64,000 nt of DNA from a virus. Its lineage: Duplodnaviria > Caudoviricetes. Where the stretch lies: the IMG/VR virus record IMGVR_UViG_3300034101_006325, positions 1 through 64,000 of that record; one strand, written 5' to 3'. This document shows positions 27,827-37,784 of the stretch, one piece after another; position 1 is the stretch's first letter, and every line of letters begins with the position of its first letter. The notes below the pieces were generated by a model. That model was not told the DNA's origin. It did no database searches and saw nothing but the letters and a program-made list of their open reading frames with translations. Position numbers and translations under genes: made by a program.

Positions 27827-28134
27827 TCTTTGTCTTCTTTCATGTCGTTTAGCATACTATAAATTGTTTCGCTATCAAGTTCACTAAAACTTAATTGTCT
27901 TCTTTTAGGCTTGCCTTCTATTGCTTGTTTAATTTTCTTTTCAACGACTGTGGTTATCATTGACTGACCTCGAGGAGATTCTGACGCAACAAGTCTAGCA
28001 AACTCTTCAAATAGGTCTTGCATTGTAATGTTGTGTTTAAATAATTTTTCTCGAATTGCGCAATGAACATCTTTGTCAAGCTTTATGTGTACACTTTTTC
28101 TCTCTTCAAAGATGTCTGTTCTCATAAAAATCAA
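27823..28134 (-). CDS. ribbon-helix-helix-like DNA-binding protein
   Basis: RKSVHIKLDKDVH..IREKL...ITMQDLFEE. Confidence 0.55.
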   Translation of the reverse strand: MIFMRTDIFEERKSVHIKLDKDVHCAIREKLFKHNITMQDLFEEFARLVASESPRGQSMITTVVEKKIKQAIEGKPKRRQLSFSELDSETIYSMLNDMKEDKE

Positions 28135-28709
28135 GCACCTCCGGGCGAAGCACCGGCGCGGTCAGCAGCAGGAGGCTGGAAATTCTCGTCATCTGCTTCA
28201 GTCTTGCTCTTTCCTACTACAAGACCGTGTCTTTCTGACAATGATTCCTTAAAAGCATCGGCGACGTCTCCTTCATAATTCTTCACAAGAAAACTTACGG
28301 CTCTTCTAAAAATGGTATTTCTCATTTCAAGAAGAGAATCATAGTTGTCTGCAAGTCTAACAACACTATCAGCAAATGAATTAATGTCAAGATCGTCGAT
28401 AGATAATTTTTCTATCTTTTTATCCTCAGACTCTTCTTTGTCTTTATCCTTATCTTTGTCTTTGTCTTTCTTGTCATCCTTATCTTCGTCTGCTTCATTT
28501 AAAAATCTTCGCATGAATAAACGAAAGTCATGACCTTCATTTTTTGAATTTTTTGCTTCTGACTCATACTGAGAAAAATAAGCGTCTATTTGAGAGTCTA
28601 CAGAATCTTCGCCTGAAGATTCTTTGTCTTTTAAATTTTCTTCGACAAGAAGCAAACGAACTTCTTTTATCAAAGTTTTTAATTGACTTTTTGTAATTTG
28701 CTTTTTCAT
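28131..28709 (-). CDS. hypothetical protein with LKTLIKE leader
   Basis: MKKQITKSQLKTLIKEVRLLLVEE; KD-rich low-complexity linker. Confidence 0.75.
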   Translation of the reverse strand: MKKQITKSQLKTLIKEVRLLLVEENLKDKESSGEDSVDSQIDAYFSQYESEAKNSKNEGHDFRLFMRRFLNEADEDKDDKKDKDKDKDKDKEESEDKKIEKLSIDDLDINSFADSVVRLADNYDSLLEMRNTIFRRAVSFLVKNYEGDVADAFKESLSERHGLVVGKSKTEADDENFQPPAADRAGASPGGA

Positions 28710-29419
28710 CTGAGCACCTGCGCAATGCTCTCGACTTTTTTGACCCTATCTTCGATAATATTCCAGTTAAATTCTCTCATTTGAGAAATAAGATAGCTTT
28801 TCTTGTCATTCATGTAGTCTCTGTAATATGAATGTTCCCACATGTCGACAACGATTAGTGGATAAAAACCAACAGGAACATGTCCATCGTGGCCGTCAAC
28901 CATCACATTGACAAACCTTTTTAGAAACATATGATAGCCCATGACAGCCCAGCCATTCTGGCTAGCTAATGCACATCCCATGAAGTCTCTTTGCCAGTTT
29001 TCAAAAGATCCAAAGTCTCTTTCGATCCGCAAAAATGTCGTTGAGTCCATTACAATTTCGCTGTGCGGATCGAAACAATTGGCAAAATAAAGTTCGTGCA
29101 GCCAAGCTGCATTTAAATTAAAGATTTCATCAATCTTTAAAGATCTAAACTTTGAATGCCTGGGATTTGCATCGGACTTGTCAACAGAGTCAAGTTCGGA
29201 CGAAACTTTATTTAATGATTCGACGTAACCTTTGTAGAGTTCTGTGTGAGCGTTCTTGGTCTTTTGAGAAACAAGTTCAGAAACTTGCTTAAAAGGCTTT
29301 GGCTCATGAACATATGCTTCATTGAGATTAGGCAGTTTCTCTGACACTGTACTGTTAACAGCATCTTTTACTAAGCCCTTTAAAAATTTATCGAGACCGT
29401 CTTTATCACCCTGGTACAT
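28706..29419 (-). CDS. sod: Fe/Mn superoxide dismutase with N-terminal extension
   Basis: AH..LY.GYV..LN, FN.NAAWLH, DMWEHSYY. Confidence 0.85.
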   Translation of the reverse strand: MYQGDKDGLDKFLKGLVKDAVNSTVSEKLPNLNEAYVHEPKPFKQVSELVSQKTKNAHTELYKGYVESLNKVSSELDSVDKSDANPRHSKFRSLKIDEIFNLNAAWLHELYFANCFDPHSEIVMDSTTFLRIERDFGSFENWQRDFMGCALASQNGWAVMGYHMFLKRFVNVMVDGHDGHVPVGFYPLIVVDMWEHSYYRDYMNDKKSYLISQMREFNWNIIEDRVKKVESIAQVLR

Positions 29420-29690
29420 ATTCGTTCCTCCACTGCTCGCCGTTTATAACAAATTTTTCTTTTCCGTCAGCCGAAACAAGAGTTACAACATCAGGACCAG
29501 TCGAAACAACTGTATAAAGCTTTTGGCTTTTCTTGTTTTTTGCTTTGAAGCCAGGCGATGCTATTTCGACTTCTTTGCCATCAACTTTTGCCGTAAGAGA
29601 AAGTTTTACTTCCTCAGTAAGCTTTTGAATTTTCTTGTTCCATTCTTCACGCATGACGCGTATAATGTCATTTTCTGTCAAGTTGTTCAT
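29406..29690 (-). CDS. hypothetical protein with IIRVMREE leader
   Basis: 94 aa. Confidence 0.65.
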   Translation of the reverse strand: MNNLTENDIIRVMREEWNKKIQKLTEEVKLSLTAKVDGKEVEIASPGFKAKNKKSQKLYTVVSTGPDVVTLVSADGKEKFVINGEQWRNEYVPG

Positions 29691-30139
29691 AAATCTCTAG
29701 GACTAACTATGATCTCACTTAAACTTAATACGTCAATATCAGCAGACTTTAATAATTCTATTCCAGAAATATCTCTGTACAATTCTCCATAAATTACTCT
29801 TGAAATTTCAGCATTAACTATTAATTTTGCGCAGTGTCTGCATGGTGAATGTGTAACATACATGTATTTCTTTTTATGAAAATTAAAGTCACACTTAACA
29901 AGAGCATTAACTTCAGCATGTAAAAGTCCGCCTAAACCAGGTTCATCTGACTCTCTTACATTTGGTCCGCCTTTGTAATTGCCATTATATCCAACAGACA
30001 ACATTCTAGTGTTGTCTTCGGAAACAATAATGGCACCTACTTTTAAGATAGGATCATACGACCTCTTAGAAATTTCTCTAGCAATTGACATCCAAGTTTC
30101 AGGCCAGCTAGGTCTTTCCATATCACTTCTCAGGATCAA
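29687..30139 (-). CDS. dCMP deaminase
   Basis: KVGAII, GYNG, HAEVNA, THSPCRHC. Confidence 0.92.
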   Translation of the reverse strand: MILRSDMERPSWPETWMSIAREISKRSYDPILKVGAIIVSEDNTRMLSVGYNGNYKGGPNVRESDEPGLGGLLHAEVNALVKCDFNFHKKKYMYVTHSPCRHCAKLIVNAEISRVIYGELYRDISGIELLKSADIDVLSLSEIIVSPRDL

Positions 30140-30686
30140 AAATGAGGGGATGACACCTTAGACACCGAGGTTCGTAAAGCTCCGCCCCTCCTACTTCTAT
30201 CTCATCTCCACCAGTTTGTTTCTTGTATGTATAATAAGCATCCTTGCTGCAAACAGTACAAACTGCGCTCCTTTTTTCAACGTGAGTTGCCCATGGCAAC
30301 ATTCTCTCAATTTCATCAAAAACTTTACCTGTTGCGGAGAGTTCAAGTGAAGAGACAACGACTGAATAACCGCTTCGATAAAGCCAAATAAGAACCTTGG
30401 CAACGCCAGGAATCATAAATGCCTCGTCTACAGCAACTACGTGAGGATTTTCATCCATCTCAGAAAGTTTTTCTAAAATATCACTACCTTCTCTTATACA
30501 AGTGGCTGGTACTTTCCAGCCGCTGTGGGTACAAACAAAATCTTCGCTGTATCGATCATCAAGACGTGGTTTAAAAACAGCTATTTTTTTGTTCTGGTAC
30601 TTAAATCTATCAATAGATGAAAGCAATCCTGTTGTTTTTGAACTAAACATTGGTCCTGTGTAAATGATAAATTGAGGATTCGACAT
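30123..30686 (-). CDS. tdk: thymidine kinase
   Basis: GPMFSSKTT, VDEAFM, C..C, YEPRCLRC. Confidence 0.92.
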   Translation of the reverse strand: MSNPQFIIYTGPMFSSKTTGLLSSIDRFKYQNKKIAVFKPRLDDRYSEDFVCTHSGWKVPATCIREGSDILEKLSEMDENPHVVAVDEAFMIPGVAKVLIWLYRSGYSVVVSSLELSATGKVFDEIERMLPWATHVEKRSAVCTVCSKDAYYTYKKQTGGDEIEVGGAELYEPRCLRCHPLIFDPEK

Positions 30687-30710
30687 GATGATCTCCTAAA
30701 AATATTTTTA

Positions 30711-31679
30711 TTATGCCTCAGTTGACAGTTCTAAAATTAATTTAAAATTATCTTGGTACCACTGAATTGTCCTGTCGAGGCCTTCTTTAAAAGGCACATC
30801 AACTGAATAGCCGAGATAATTTTTTGTTTTTGTAATGTCGGCCCTCGTATGCATTACATCGCCTGGACGCCAAGATGCTTCATAGAAACTCGCATCTGGA
30901 AATTTCTTGAGCAAATAATTCAATATTGTTTTATTCGTCGTGCTTACGCCGCATCCAACATTAAAGACTTGCCCGCACAAGCTTTCTTTAATTTTTAAAG
31001 AGGACAAAATGGCATTAACAACATTGTCAACATAGCACATATCTCTAGATTGACTTCCATCTCCGTCGGATCTCATCGGTTTGCCCTTCAAAATGGCATT
31101 TATCCAGGCAGAAACTGCTGTCGAATAAGGAGAATTACCGAGCTGATTAGGACCAAAAACATTAAAAAATCTTAGACTTACAGAATCAAAGTCATACAGT
31201 TGATAAAAAAGCTTAAGATAATTTTCAATCGACAACTTTTGAAGTGCATAAGGCGAGCGAGGATCAACAGGCCCATCGGGCAAAGAAGGCAATGCCAAGG
31301 AATTGCCATATATTGCAGACGTAGAAGCAAATACAAATCGTTTTATATTTCCTCGGCAAGCATCCAACAGCCTTAATGTCGATGTAACATTCACTTGATG
31401 TGATTCAAATGGATACTCAACTGTAAACAACACTCGAGGATTGGCTGCAAGATGAATAACAGCATCATAATATCCTGATTTTATTCTTTCGATGATGTGA
31501 GGAGAATCAAAGTCGCATACAAAAAAACGATCATTTATGAATTTTTCAGGAACAAATTTCAAGTGACCATTCGATAAATTGTCAACAACATCAATATTGT
31601 AGTCGTCATTTTCAGAAAGTTTTTTTAGTAAATTACTTCCGATGAATCCTGCGCCGCCTGTTATAAGTAAATTTTGCAT
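30711..31679 (-). CDS. NAD-dependent epimerase/dehydratase (extended SDR)
   Basis: TGGAGFIGS, HLAA, YALQK, RFFNVFGP. Confidence 0.92.
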   Translation of the reverse strand: MQNLLITGGAGFIGSNLLKKLSENDDYNIDVVDNLSNGHLKFVPEKFINDRFFVCDFDSPHIIERIKSGYYDAVIHLAANPRVLFTVEYPFESHQVNVTSTLRLLDACRGNIKRFVFASTSAIYGNSLALPSLPDGPVDPRSPYALQKLSIENYLKLFYQLYDFDSVSLRFFNVFGPNQLGNSPYSTAVSAWINAILKGKPMRSDGDGSQSRDMCYVDNVVNAILSSLKIKESLCGQVFNVGCGVSTTNKTILNYLLKKFPDASFYEASWRPGDVMHTRADITKTKNYLGYSVDVPFKEGLDRTIQWYQDNFKLILELSTEA

Positions 31680-31690
31680 AACTTGAAATG

Positions 31691-32602
31691 TTAGTTTACA
31701 ACATCTGTTCTAATGTGTGCACTATTCATGTTAATGATTAATCGAATTTTTTCTACAGACCACTGAAAAACTTTTGGCATAAACGCCGAAAGATGTGCAA
31801 GAAATCTTGTGTCGATCTCGCCATTTTTTTCGACATCTGTGCTTCTAAGAGTACAAATGACAGTAATTTTATTACTTCTAGGTAAAAAATGGATAGATGA
31901 TATGCAAGTATCTGAAGAATAATAAAAACGCCGAGAGTTCATGTCCTGAGGTTTGTTGTATGGATTGTCTCCATTGATTTCTTTTTGAATGACCTTGGCA
32001 CAGTCATCAATAATTCCATTATAATAATGAATTTCTCGAGGATCATCGCACACAGCAAAATCGCTGTAATCGGGGTCAAGAACCAACTCAAAGTTAATTT
32101 GTGTTTCCGACGACGACAAACCTTTTAGGACATTTACTAAAGATTGACCAACCTCTCGAGGACTAGAATTTTCGTACTCTTCAAGTTTACTCTTTACAAG
32201 ATCAGTCAAGTCGTCCAAATTTAGCGCATCCCGTACAACTAACACATTAGGAGAATTTTGCAAGACATCAACTTCATTATTAAAGATATCATAAAGTCTG
32301 GACAGGGATGTTGCGTCTTGGGCTTCGTCACCTCGTGAATTAAATCTTCGAAGAATCTCTTCCTTTGGAGGCAAAAGAACCACGACAAAGTTATTCAAAT
32401 TGCTGACTTCTTTGGTCAAAGAAATACGATGATGTGACTCATCCCTACCGTAAAGCTTGGCGTAACACAGCATTGATAGACAAGATCTATCCTGAATATT
32501 GTATTTAAAACCAGTCGAACGGTGTAAAGAAGAATAAAGTGAAGTTTTGCCGCTTAGATCAGAACCCTCAAGAATCAAGTAATTGACAGGAAGACTCATC
32601 AT
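31691..32602 (-). CDS. dNMP kinase fused to a truncated thymidylate synthase / dCMP-modifying domain
   Basis: N-terminal LEGSDLSGKTS and QDRS; C-terminal SRR...TC...HF...RSTD.......D...SAH. Confidence 0.7.
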   Translation of the reverse strand: MMSLPVNYLILEGSDLSGKTSLYSSLHRSTGFKYNIQDRSCLSMLCYAKLYGRDESHHRISLTKEVSNLNNFVVVLLPPKEEILRRFNSRGDEAQDATSLSRLYDIFNNEVDVLQNSPNVLVVRDALNLDDLTDLVKSKLEEYENSSPREVGQSLVNVLKGLSSSETQINFELVLDPDYSDFAVCDDPREIHYYNGIIDDCAKVIQKEINGDNPYNKPQDMNSRRFYYSSDTCISSIHFLPRSNKITVICTLRSTDVEKNGEIDTRFLAHLSAFMPKVFQWSVEKIRLIINMNSAHIRTDVVN

Positions 32603-35600
32603 GCCACCTTTCTCAGCTTAAAAATTGATGTTGAAAATCCCCAACTAGGATCGTTCGATGCTTGACCTACCCAAAGTGTATAAGGATCAATAGATTCCGT
32701 TGGATTACCCCAGATTCTAATCCAGCCTTGACGTGAATCATTGTCAATAGCCTTGCACCGATAGAATGCCTTTCCATTCTTTGTCTTTTTAAGGTTGACT
32801 TCAGTCACGAGAAACCAACCTATACCGTCAGAACCAGGCTGTACATCGTGCAATGATTGGACACCTTTTTCAAGGAGTTTTTTCATAATGTCGGGAGGAA
32901 ACAATAGATCGACGTCTGCTGTGGAAGTAAGATCATATGCCATGCTGATCTTTTCATCTCGCGTCCAATCTACAGTACTGGCTTGCTCCTCCAGCAACAC
33001 GTCAATTACTGGCAGCGGATCGATTCCTTCTTTTGCAAGCTTTTTTAGCTGAGCTGCAGTTAAACCATAGATTCCTTTTCGCAAGGTTTCATAATTTTTA
33101 TCTTCAGTCAAAGCCAACAATAATTGTCTGTGGTGTCTTACAGACCCTCCTTGAAAATCTTCAAGTGATTCCAGAGCTTCAATCTTGCAAAGTGCTGAAA
33201 GTGCAGTCTTATTGACCTTGCTGTGACGCCAATTTCCTTCTGCATCATAAAGCATTTCTTTGAGATTTTTGTAAGGTCTATTCTCCATAATTTCGTCGAC
33301 TGCAGTTGAACCAATACCCTTGGCTGAAGTAATAGGAGGAACAAATGCATCGGCTTTTTCAGAAAACTGCCATTCTTTACCTGAATAATTGATATCAATC
33401 TTGGAAAATTTGTATCCTAAAGACTTAATTTCACCAATTACCTTTGTCAGCTCTTTGGGATTTGAATTTGCCGACTGAAGAATCGTGGCAAGCCAGTCCT
33501 TCTCATAGTGAGTGTGGAGCCAGGCAGCATAGTAAGAGTCGATCGCATATGCGACGGAGTGTGACTTGTTGAAGCCATAGAGGGAGAAGAACTCGATCTT
33601 GTCGAACAGGGCATTGGTGATGTCCTCCGAGATTCCGTGGATCTCCTTTGCGCCCTTCACGAACTTCTCGCGGAGCATCGCCTTCTCGCCGCCCTTCTTG
33701 TCGAGGGTGTCGAGAGACTTCTTGACGAGAGTCTTGCGCATCTGATCTGACTCGCCAGGATTGAAGCCTGCAAGCTCAACGGCCAGGGACATGAACTGCT
33801 CCTGGAAAGTGATGAACCCGCGAGTCGGTCCGAGGACCTTCTCGATCAGCGGATGGTCGTATTTAATCTTGGTCAGGTCCTTGCCGGCGTCGACGTACAT
33901 GTTGTGGACGTTCGCTTTGAGGGGGCCAGGGCGATAGATCGCCGTGATTGCTGACAGGTCTTCGATGCAGTTTGGTTGAGACTGCATGCAGAACTTTCGA
34001 GCTCCCTGAGCAGTGAACTGAAACACTCCGACGAATCGTCCCTCATGGTAGACATGTTTCCAAACCTCGGGGTCGTCCTGCTTCACGTAGCGACAGTTGA
34101 GGTGCTTGTCGAAGAACGCCTTCACGTTGAGGAAGGTGGGATCAGGGTTTCCCTGGTTGACGAGGATCCGACGGATGCAGTTCTCCACGTCCTTGAGGAG
34201 CGTGAGTCCGAGGAAGTCGAACTTGAGGAAGCCGTTGTCCTCCAGGTTGCGGAAGTTCATGCCTTCCGTCCACGGGGTCTGCAGTTCGCCTCGGACGCCG
34301 ATGATGGGCATCGTGGCTGCAAGGTCGTCCGGATCTGCCACGATGACGCCGCCGGCGTGTCGACCGACGGATCGGTTCTGCATAAAGAGCGTCTCGACGT
34401 GTGCCGCGACGTCTGGGTACTTCTCCATGAATGCCTTGTACTTCGGAGAGTACTTCATGCAGTCCTCGTGCTTCAGGACGAAGACGGACTTCTCCTGATC
34501 GTCGTCGCGGGCGAGCGGCATCACCTCGTCCTGAAGCGGACCCGTCATCTCGTTCACCTCCTCGAAGGGCACGCCGTAGATCTTGGCGATGTCCTTGACG
34601 AGGGACTTGAGCTTCAAGGTGTTGAAGTTCGACACCGGGATCACAGCGTCGTCGCCGAACAGCTCGCGTGCCGAGTCGATCAGGGCATCGCGGTCGCCTG
34701 CGTCGGAGTCGATGTCGGGCCACGACACGCGATGGCGGCCTAGGAAACGGCTCCACAGGAGACCGTAAGGCAGGGGATCGATCTGAGTGATGCCGAGGAG
34801 GTAGTTGACGAGTGAACCTGCGCCTGAACCACGGCCGGGGCCGAACAGGGTCCGAGTCTCCGCCTTCTTGAAGATCTTGTACATCGTCACGAAGTAGGAA
34901 GCGTGACCGAGGTACTTGATGTCGGACAGCTCCTCCTTCACGCGGGCGACGTATTCTGGTTTGTCAGACAGGCCTTCACGAATCAGGGCCTCCTTGACGA
35001 GCTCAGTGAGCTGCTGGAATGTTGTCTTGCCTGGCATGTCCAGCTTCGGTAGCTTTGCTTTAACATCGACCCATGTATCCTCACAATGTTGCCATGCGAT
35101 ATCATGGGTCCTCTCGATGGCGTCTCGGACCTCCTCCTCGGAGCCTCGATAGAACTCGTACTGCTCGTAGGACTTCTTGTACTCGTCCCACATCTGGGAT
35201 GCATTCTTCGGATACAGCTCGCACTTAAGATCTTCGAACTTTGGAAGTGCCTGTTCGTCGAGCTTAGCACCCATCCATCCAAGCTTCTTGTAGAGCTCAC
35301 GGGCCTGCCACTTCGACGGGTCGGGATAGTGGGAATCGCAGGTGGCGAGCAGCTTGACGCCGGACTTTCGAGACAGGTCGATGAGGTACCTGTTGACCGT
35401 GTGCTGCTTCGGCAGCTTGTTGAACTGGATCTCGAGGAAGAAGTTCTCGGTCCCCACCGCATCCGTGAACCTGTCCGTGAGGTTCATCAGCTCGGAGATG
35501 ATCTGCTCCGAGTTCTTGCCGTAGGCCTCGCCGCGGAGGATCGTGCCGCTGTAGATTCCACCAAGGCAGGCCGTGGACCACACGATCCCCTTGCCGTACT

Positions 35601-36224
35601 TCCGGAGGAGGTCGAAGTCGATGCGTGGATAGCGGTAGAAACCGTCCTTGAACGACGCCTTCACGAGGCGATTGATGTTCGCGAGACCTTCGGCGGTCTG
35701 CGCCACCGCCACGAGGTGGTAGCGACGCTGCCAGTCGGGCTTCTCCTTGTAGTCGTCTGCCTTCGTCTCGTTCTCGTCCTCGACGACGTGTCCGCCGGCC
35801 TCTTCCTCCTCCACCTCGTCAGCGTCGACGTCGGTCCGGACCTTCGCCTTCTTCTCGGCCTCCGCAGCGGTCTTCGCGTCCTTGATCGCCTGCTTGTGTG
35901 CCTCGTAGTCGATCTTCCACTGTGTCAGCGAAGGAACGAAGTAGAACTCCACACCGTAGAGCTGCCGGTACTTCACGCCCTTCTTCTGCAGCTTCTTTGC
36001 TGCGGAATGAGCGTGTGCGAGGCCGTTGCCGTTGCCGTGGTCGGTCAGGGCCCACGCGTCCATCCCCTGTGATTCGGAGACAATCCACTTTATATGATCC
36101 TCGGGATAGCCAAGTCCGTCAAAAGTTGAGAAACCCGAAAAGCCGCCCCTGAACAAGCCAGGGGCGGCACCTACGAATGCGCGTGGAAACCGACGAATTT
36201 CTTCGGCGGCGTCACATCGCGCAT
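32599..36224 (-). CDS. dnaE: DNA polymerase III alpha, interrupted by a 38-nt out-of-frame insert (36136-36173)
   Basis: PHP motifs (HAH, TDHG, E, H, DSH), GRGSGAGS, PDIDSD, RHAGG, KFDFLG, FNKSH; first 14-17 codons lie in another frame (start GTG 36215 or ATG 36224, AAGGAG RBS). Confidence 0.93.
36136..36176 (-). other. candidate translational bypass (ribosome hop) element or micro-intron
   Basis: mRNA UCG UAG GU GCCGCCCCUG GCUUGUU CAGGGGCGGC UUU UCG: matched UCG codons, stop codon, perfect 10-bp stem; removal restores HAHS-GFSTFDG. Confidence 0.75.
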
Positions 36225-36234
36225 CTCCTTAAAA

Positions 36235-36264
36235 GTGTTAGATGACATGATAACAATCTAACAC
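36235..36264 (-). promoter_or_regulatory. dnaE upstream extended -10 inside a 9-bp inverted repeat
   Basis: GTGTTAGAT...ATCTAACAC flanks TG-T-TATCAT on the minus strand. Confidence 0.5.
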
Positions 36265-36355
36265 GCGAAATCTGTCGTTTACACACGGGAAGCAAATGCA
36301 GTTCGAGGCGAAACCCGAAGGAATCGCCTCAATTGCGTTTCTTTGAGGCTCTTTC

Positions 36356-36607
36356 TCAGATGTCCGTGACGGTGCCGTCTTCGTCGAGCTTGAGACCGAC
36401 ATCAAAGAGCTGCTGATCAGTGATCGCGCCTGGATACACCGCGAGTGCAGACTCGAGATCCTCAATAGAGACATAGCCTCCCTCCAAGTAGATCTCATCG
36501 AATGCGTCACGGAGCTCGAGGTTGCTTACGGATTCACGTGTCTCTCGGATTACTTTTCGTGCTTCTTCCTTGATGATGGAACGCAACTGCTTTACTGTGA
36601 TCTTCAT
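36356..36607 (-). CDS. small protein with LRSIIKEE leader
   Basis: MKITVKQLRSIIKEEARKVIRE; AAGGAG RBS. Confidence 0.75.
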   Translation of the reverse strand: MKITVKQLRSIIKEEARKVIRETRESVSNLELRDAFDEIYLEGGYVSIEDLESALAVYPGAITDQQLFDVGLKLDEDGTVTDI

Positions 36608-36643
36608 GTCTGACGCGTCTCCTTGCTTACGTAGCGCTACTGT

Positions 36644-37648
36644 CTAATTATTAGGACATTTTGGAAAGTGCTGCAAGAGGTCAAACTTATGCTCGGCCGC
36701 CTCGTCGAGGTACTTTAGCGGATTATAGTCGGAAGAATTGCGGATCCATTCCAGCGTCCGCTGAATACCGTCGAGCAAATCAAGTGTTGGTTTCCAACCA
36801 AGCTTTTCTCGAATTTTTCTGGATGACAACCGGTGGTTTCCGAGATAGTCTGTTGTCGGGTGCCACCTCACGAGATCAGATGCCGATGCACCGACAACAT
36901 CGTCTATAATCTTCATCACTTCTCCTGCAGGCACTGGTGTCTCCGCGGAGACGTTCCAGTCTGTCCCCCAACCGGGCCCGGAGACGTCGCGGCATACTAG
37001 CTCAACAGCCCTGCAAAAATCCTCCACATGGAGGTAGTCCTTTACCTTCGTCGGATCCAGAAACATATCCACGGATTTCTTTCCGTTGAGGTAAGCATAA
37101 ATCGACTTCGCGATGAGCGAATTCATATCACCGAGGCCACCAAACGCGAATAGCGGTCGAACGATAGTCCACCTATCTGCCATTGCTGTGACAATCTGTT
37201 CTGCGGCGAGCTTCTGGACGCCATAATAAGTCCGAGGAATCTTTGTTGAATTTTCTACAATCTGTTCGTCTTGATAACTCTTCGTATCATAGATGACAGT
37301 TGTTCCTAGATAGCAAACTGCAGCCTTTGCTCGATTGGCAGCACGAACAATGTTGTATGTGCCTTGGACGTTGGATAGTGTCGCCTCTGCAGGATCAAGG
37401 GCAACCACGTCTGTTCCGACCACAGCAGCATTGTGAACGACGACGTCGACATCATTGTCGTAAAGCGCTTTATGCCAAGTTTCCTCCGAATTCCTGTGGA
37501 TGCATGCCTCCCCGGTGCGTGGAAACTTGACGTAATCTATTCCCTCGAACAGATCCTTGTCGGTCACGACTTCCTGTGAAAGAGATTCTAGAACGACCTT
37601 GAGATTACGAGCGATCAGGCCCTGTGGTCCGGTGATATAGTACTTCAT
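36644..37648 (-). CDS. NAD-dependent epimerase/dehydratase (extended SDR), second copy
   Basis: ITGPQGLIA, HNAA, YGVQK, RP. Confidence 0.88.
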   Translation of the reverse strand: MKYYITGPQGLIARNLKVVLESLSQEVVTDKDLFEGIDYVKFPRTGEACIHRNSEETWHKALYDNDVDVVVHNAAVVGTDVVALDPAEATLSNVQGTYNIVRAANRAKAAVCYLGTTVIYDTKSYQDEQIVENSTKIPRTYYGVQKLAAEQIVTAMADRWTIVRPLFAFGGLGDMNSLIAKSIYAYLNGKKSVDMFLDPTKVKDYLHVEDFCRAVELVCRDVSGPGWGTDWNVSAETPVPAGEVMKIIDDVVGASASDLVRWHPTTDYLGNHRLSSRKIREKLGWKPTLDLLDGIQRTLEWIRNSSDYNPLKYLDEAAEHKFDLLQHFPKCPNN

Positions 37649-37734
37649 CGTTGTCTCAGTCTAAAACAAAATATCAGACTTTACACGTCGACAATATAAT
37701 GACGCAATATTTCTGAGCCTTCCATGCTAAATAC

Positions 37735-37758
37735 AAAAAAGGAAGCATTGCTGCTTCC
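37735..37758 (-). terminator. intrinsic terminator
   Basis: GGAAGCA-loop-TGCTTCC followed by TTTTTT on the minus strand. Confidence 0.7.
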
Positions 37759-37784
37759 TCTCATTGTTTAATTGGCGATATTGT

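Noticed and set aside
28420-28490. Short tandem GACAAAGAT-type repeats
   Set aside because: They simply encode a KD-rich low-complexity linker.
33873-36152. Many long overlapping and antisense ORFs (e.g. 33976-34743 +, 35086-36072 +)
   Set aside because: Shadow ORFs from GC-rich codon usage of dnaE; no motifs or RBS.
36154-36156. TTG start for dnaE given by the ORF track
   Set aside because: It lies inside the hairpin loop with no RBS and omits the conserved HxH strand. Not formally excluded without proteomics.
36171-36173. Genome-wide TAG reassignment as the explanation for the dnaE stop
   Set aside because: Read-through stays out of frame (38-nt gap) and hits TAA soon after. Long genes show no internal TAG, and TAG ends the 17112 gene normally.
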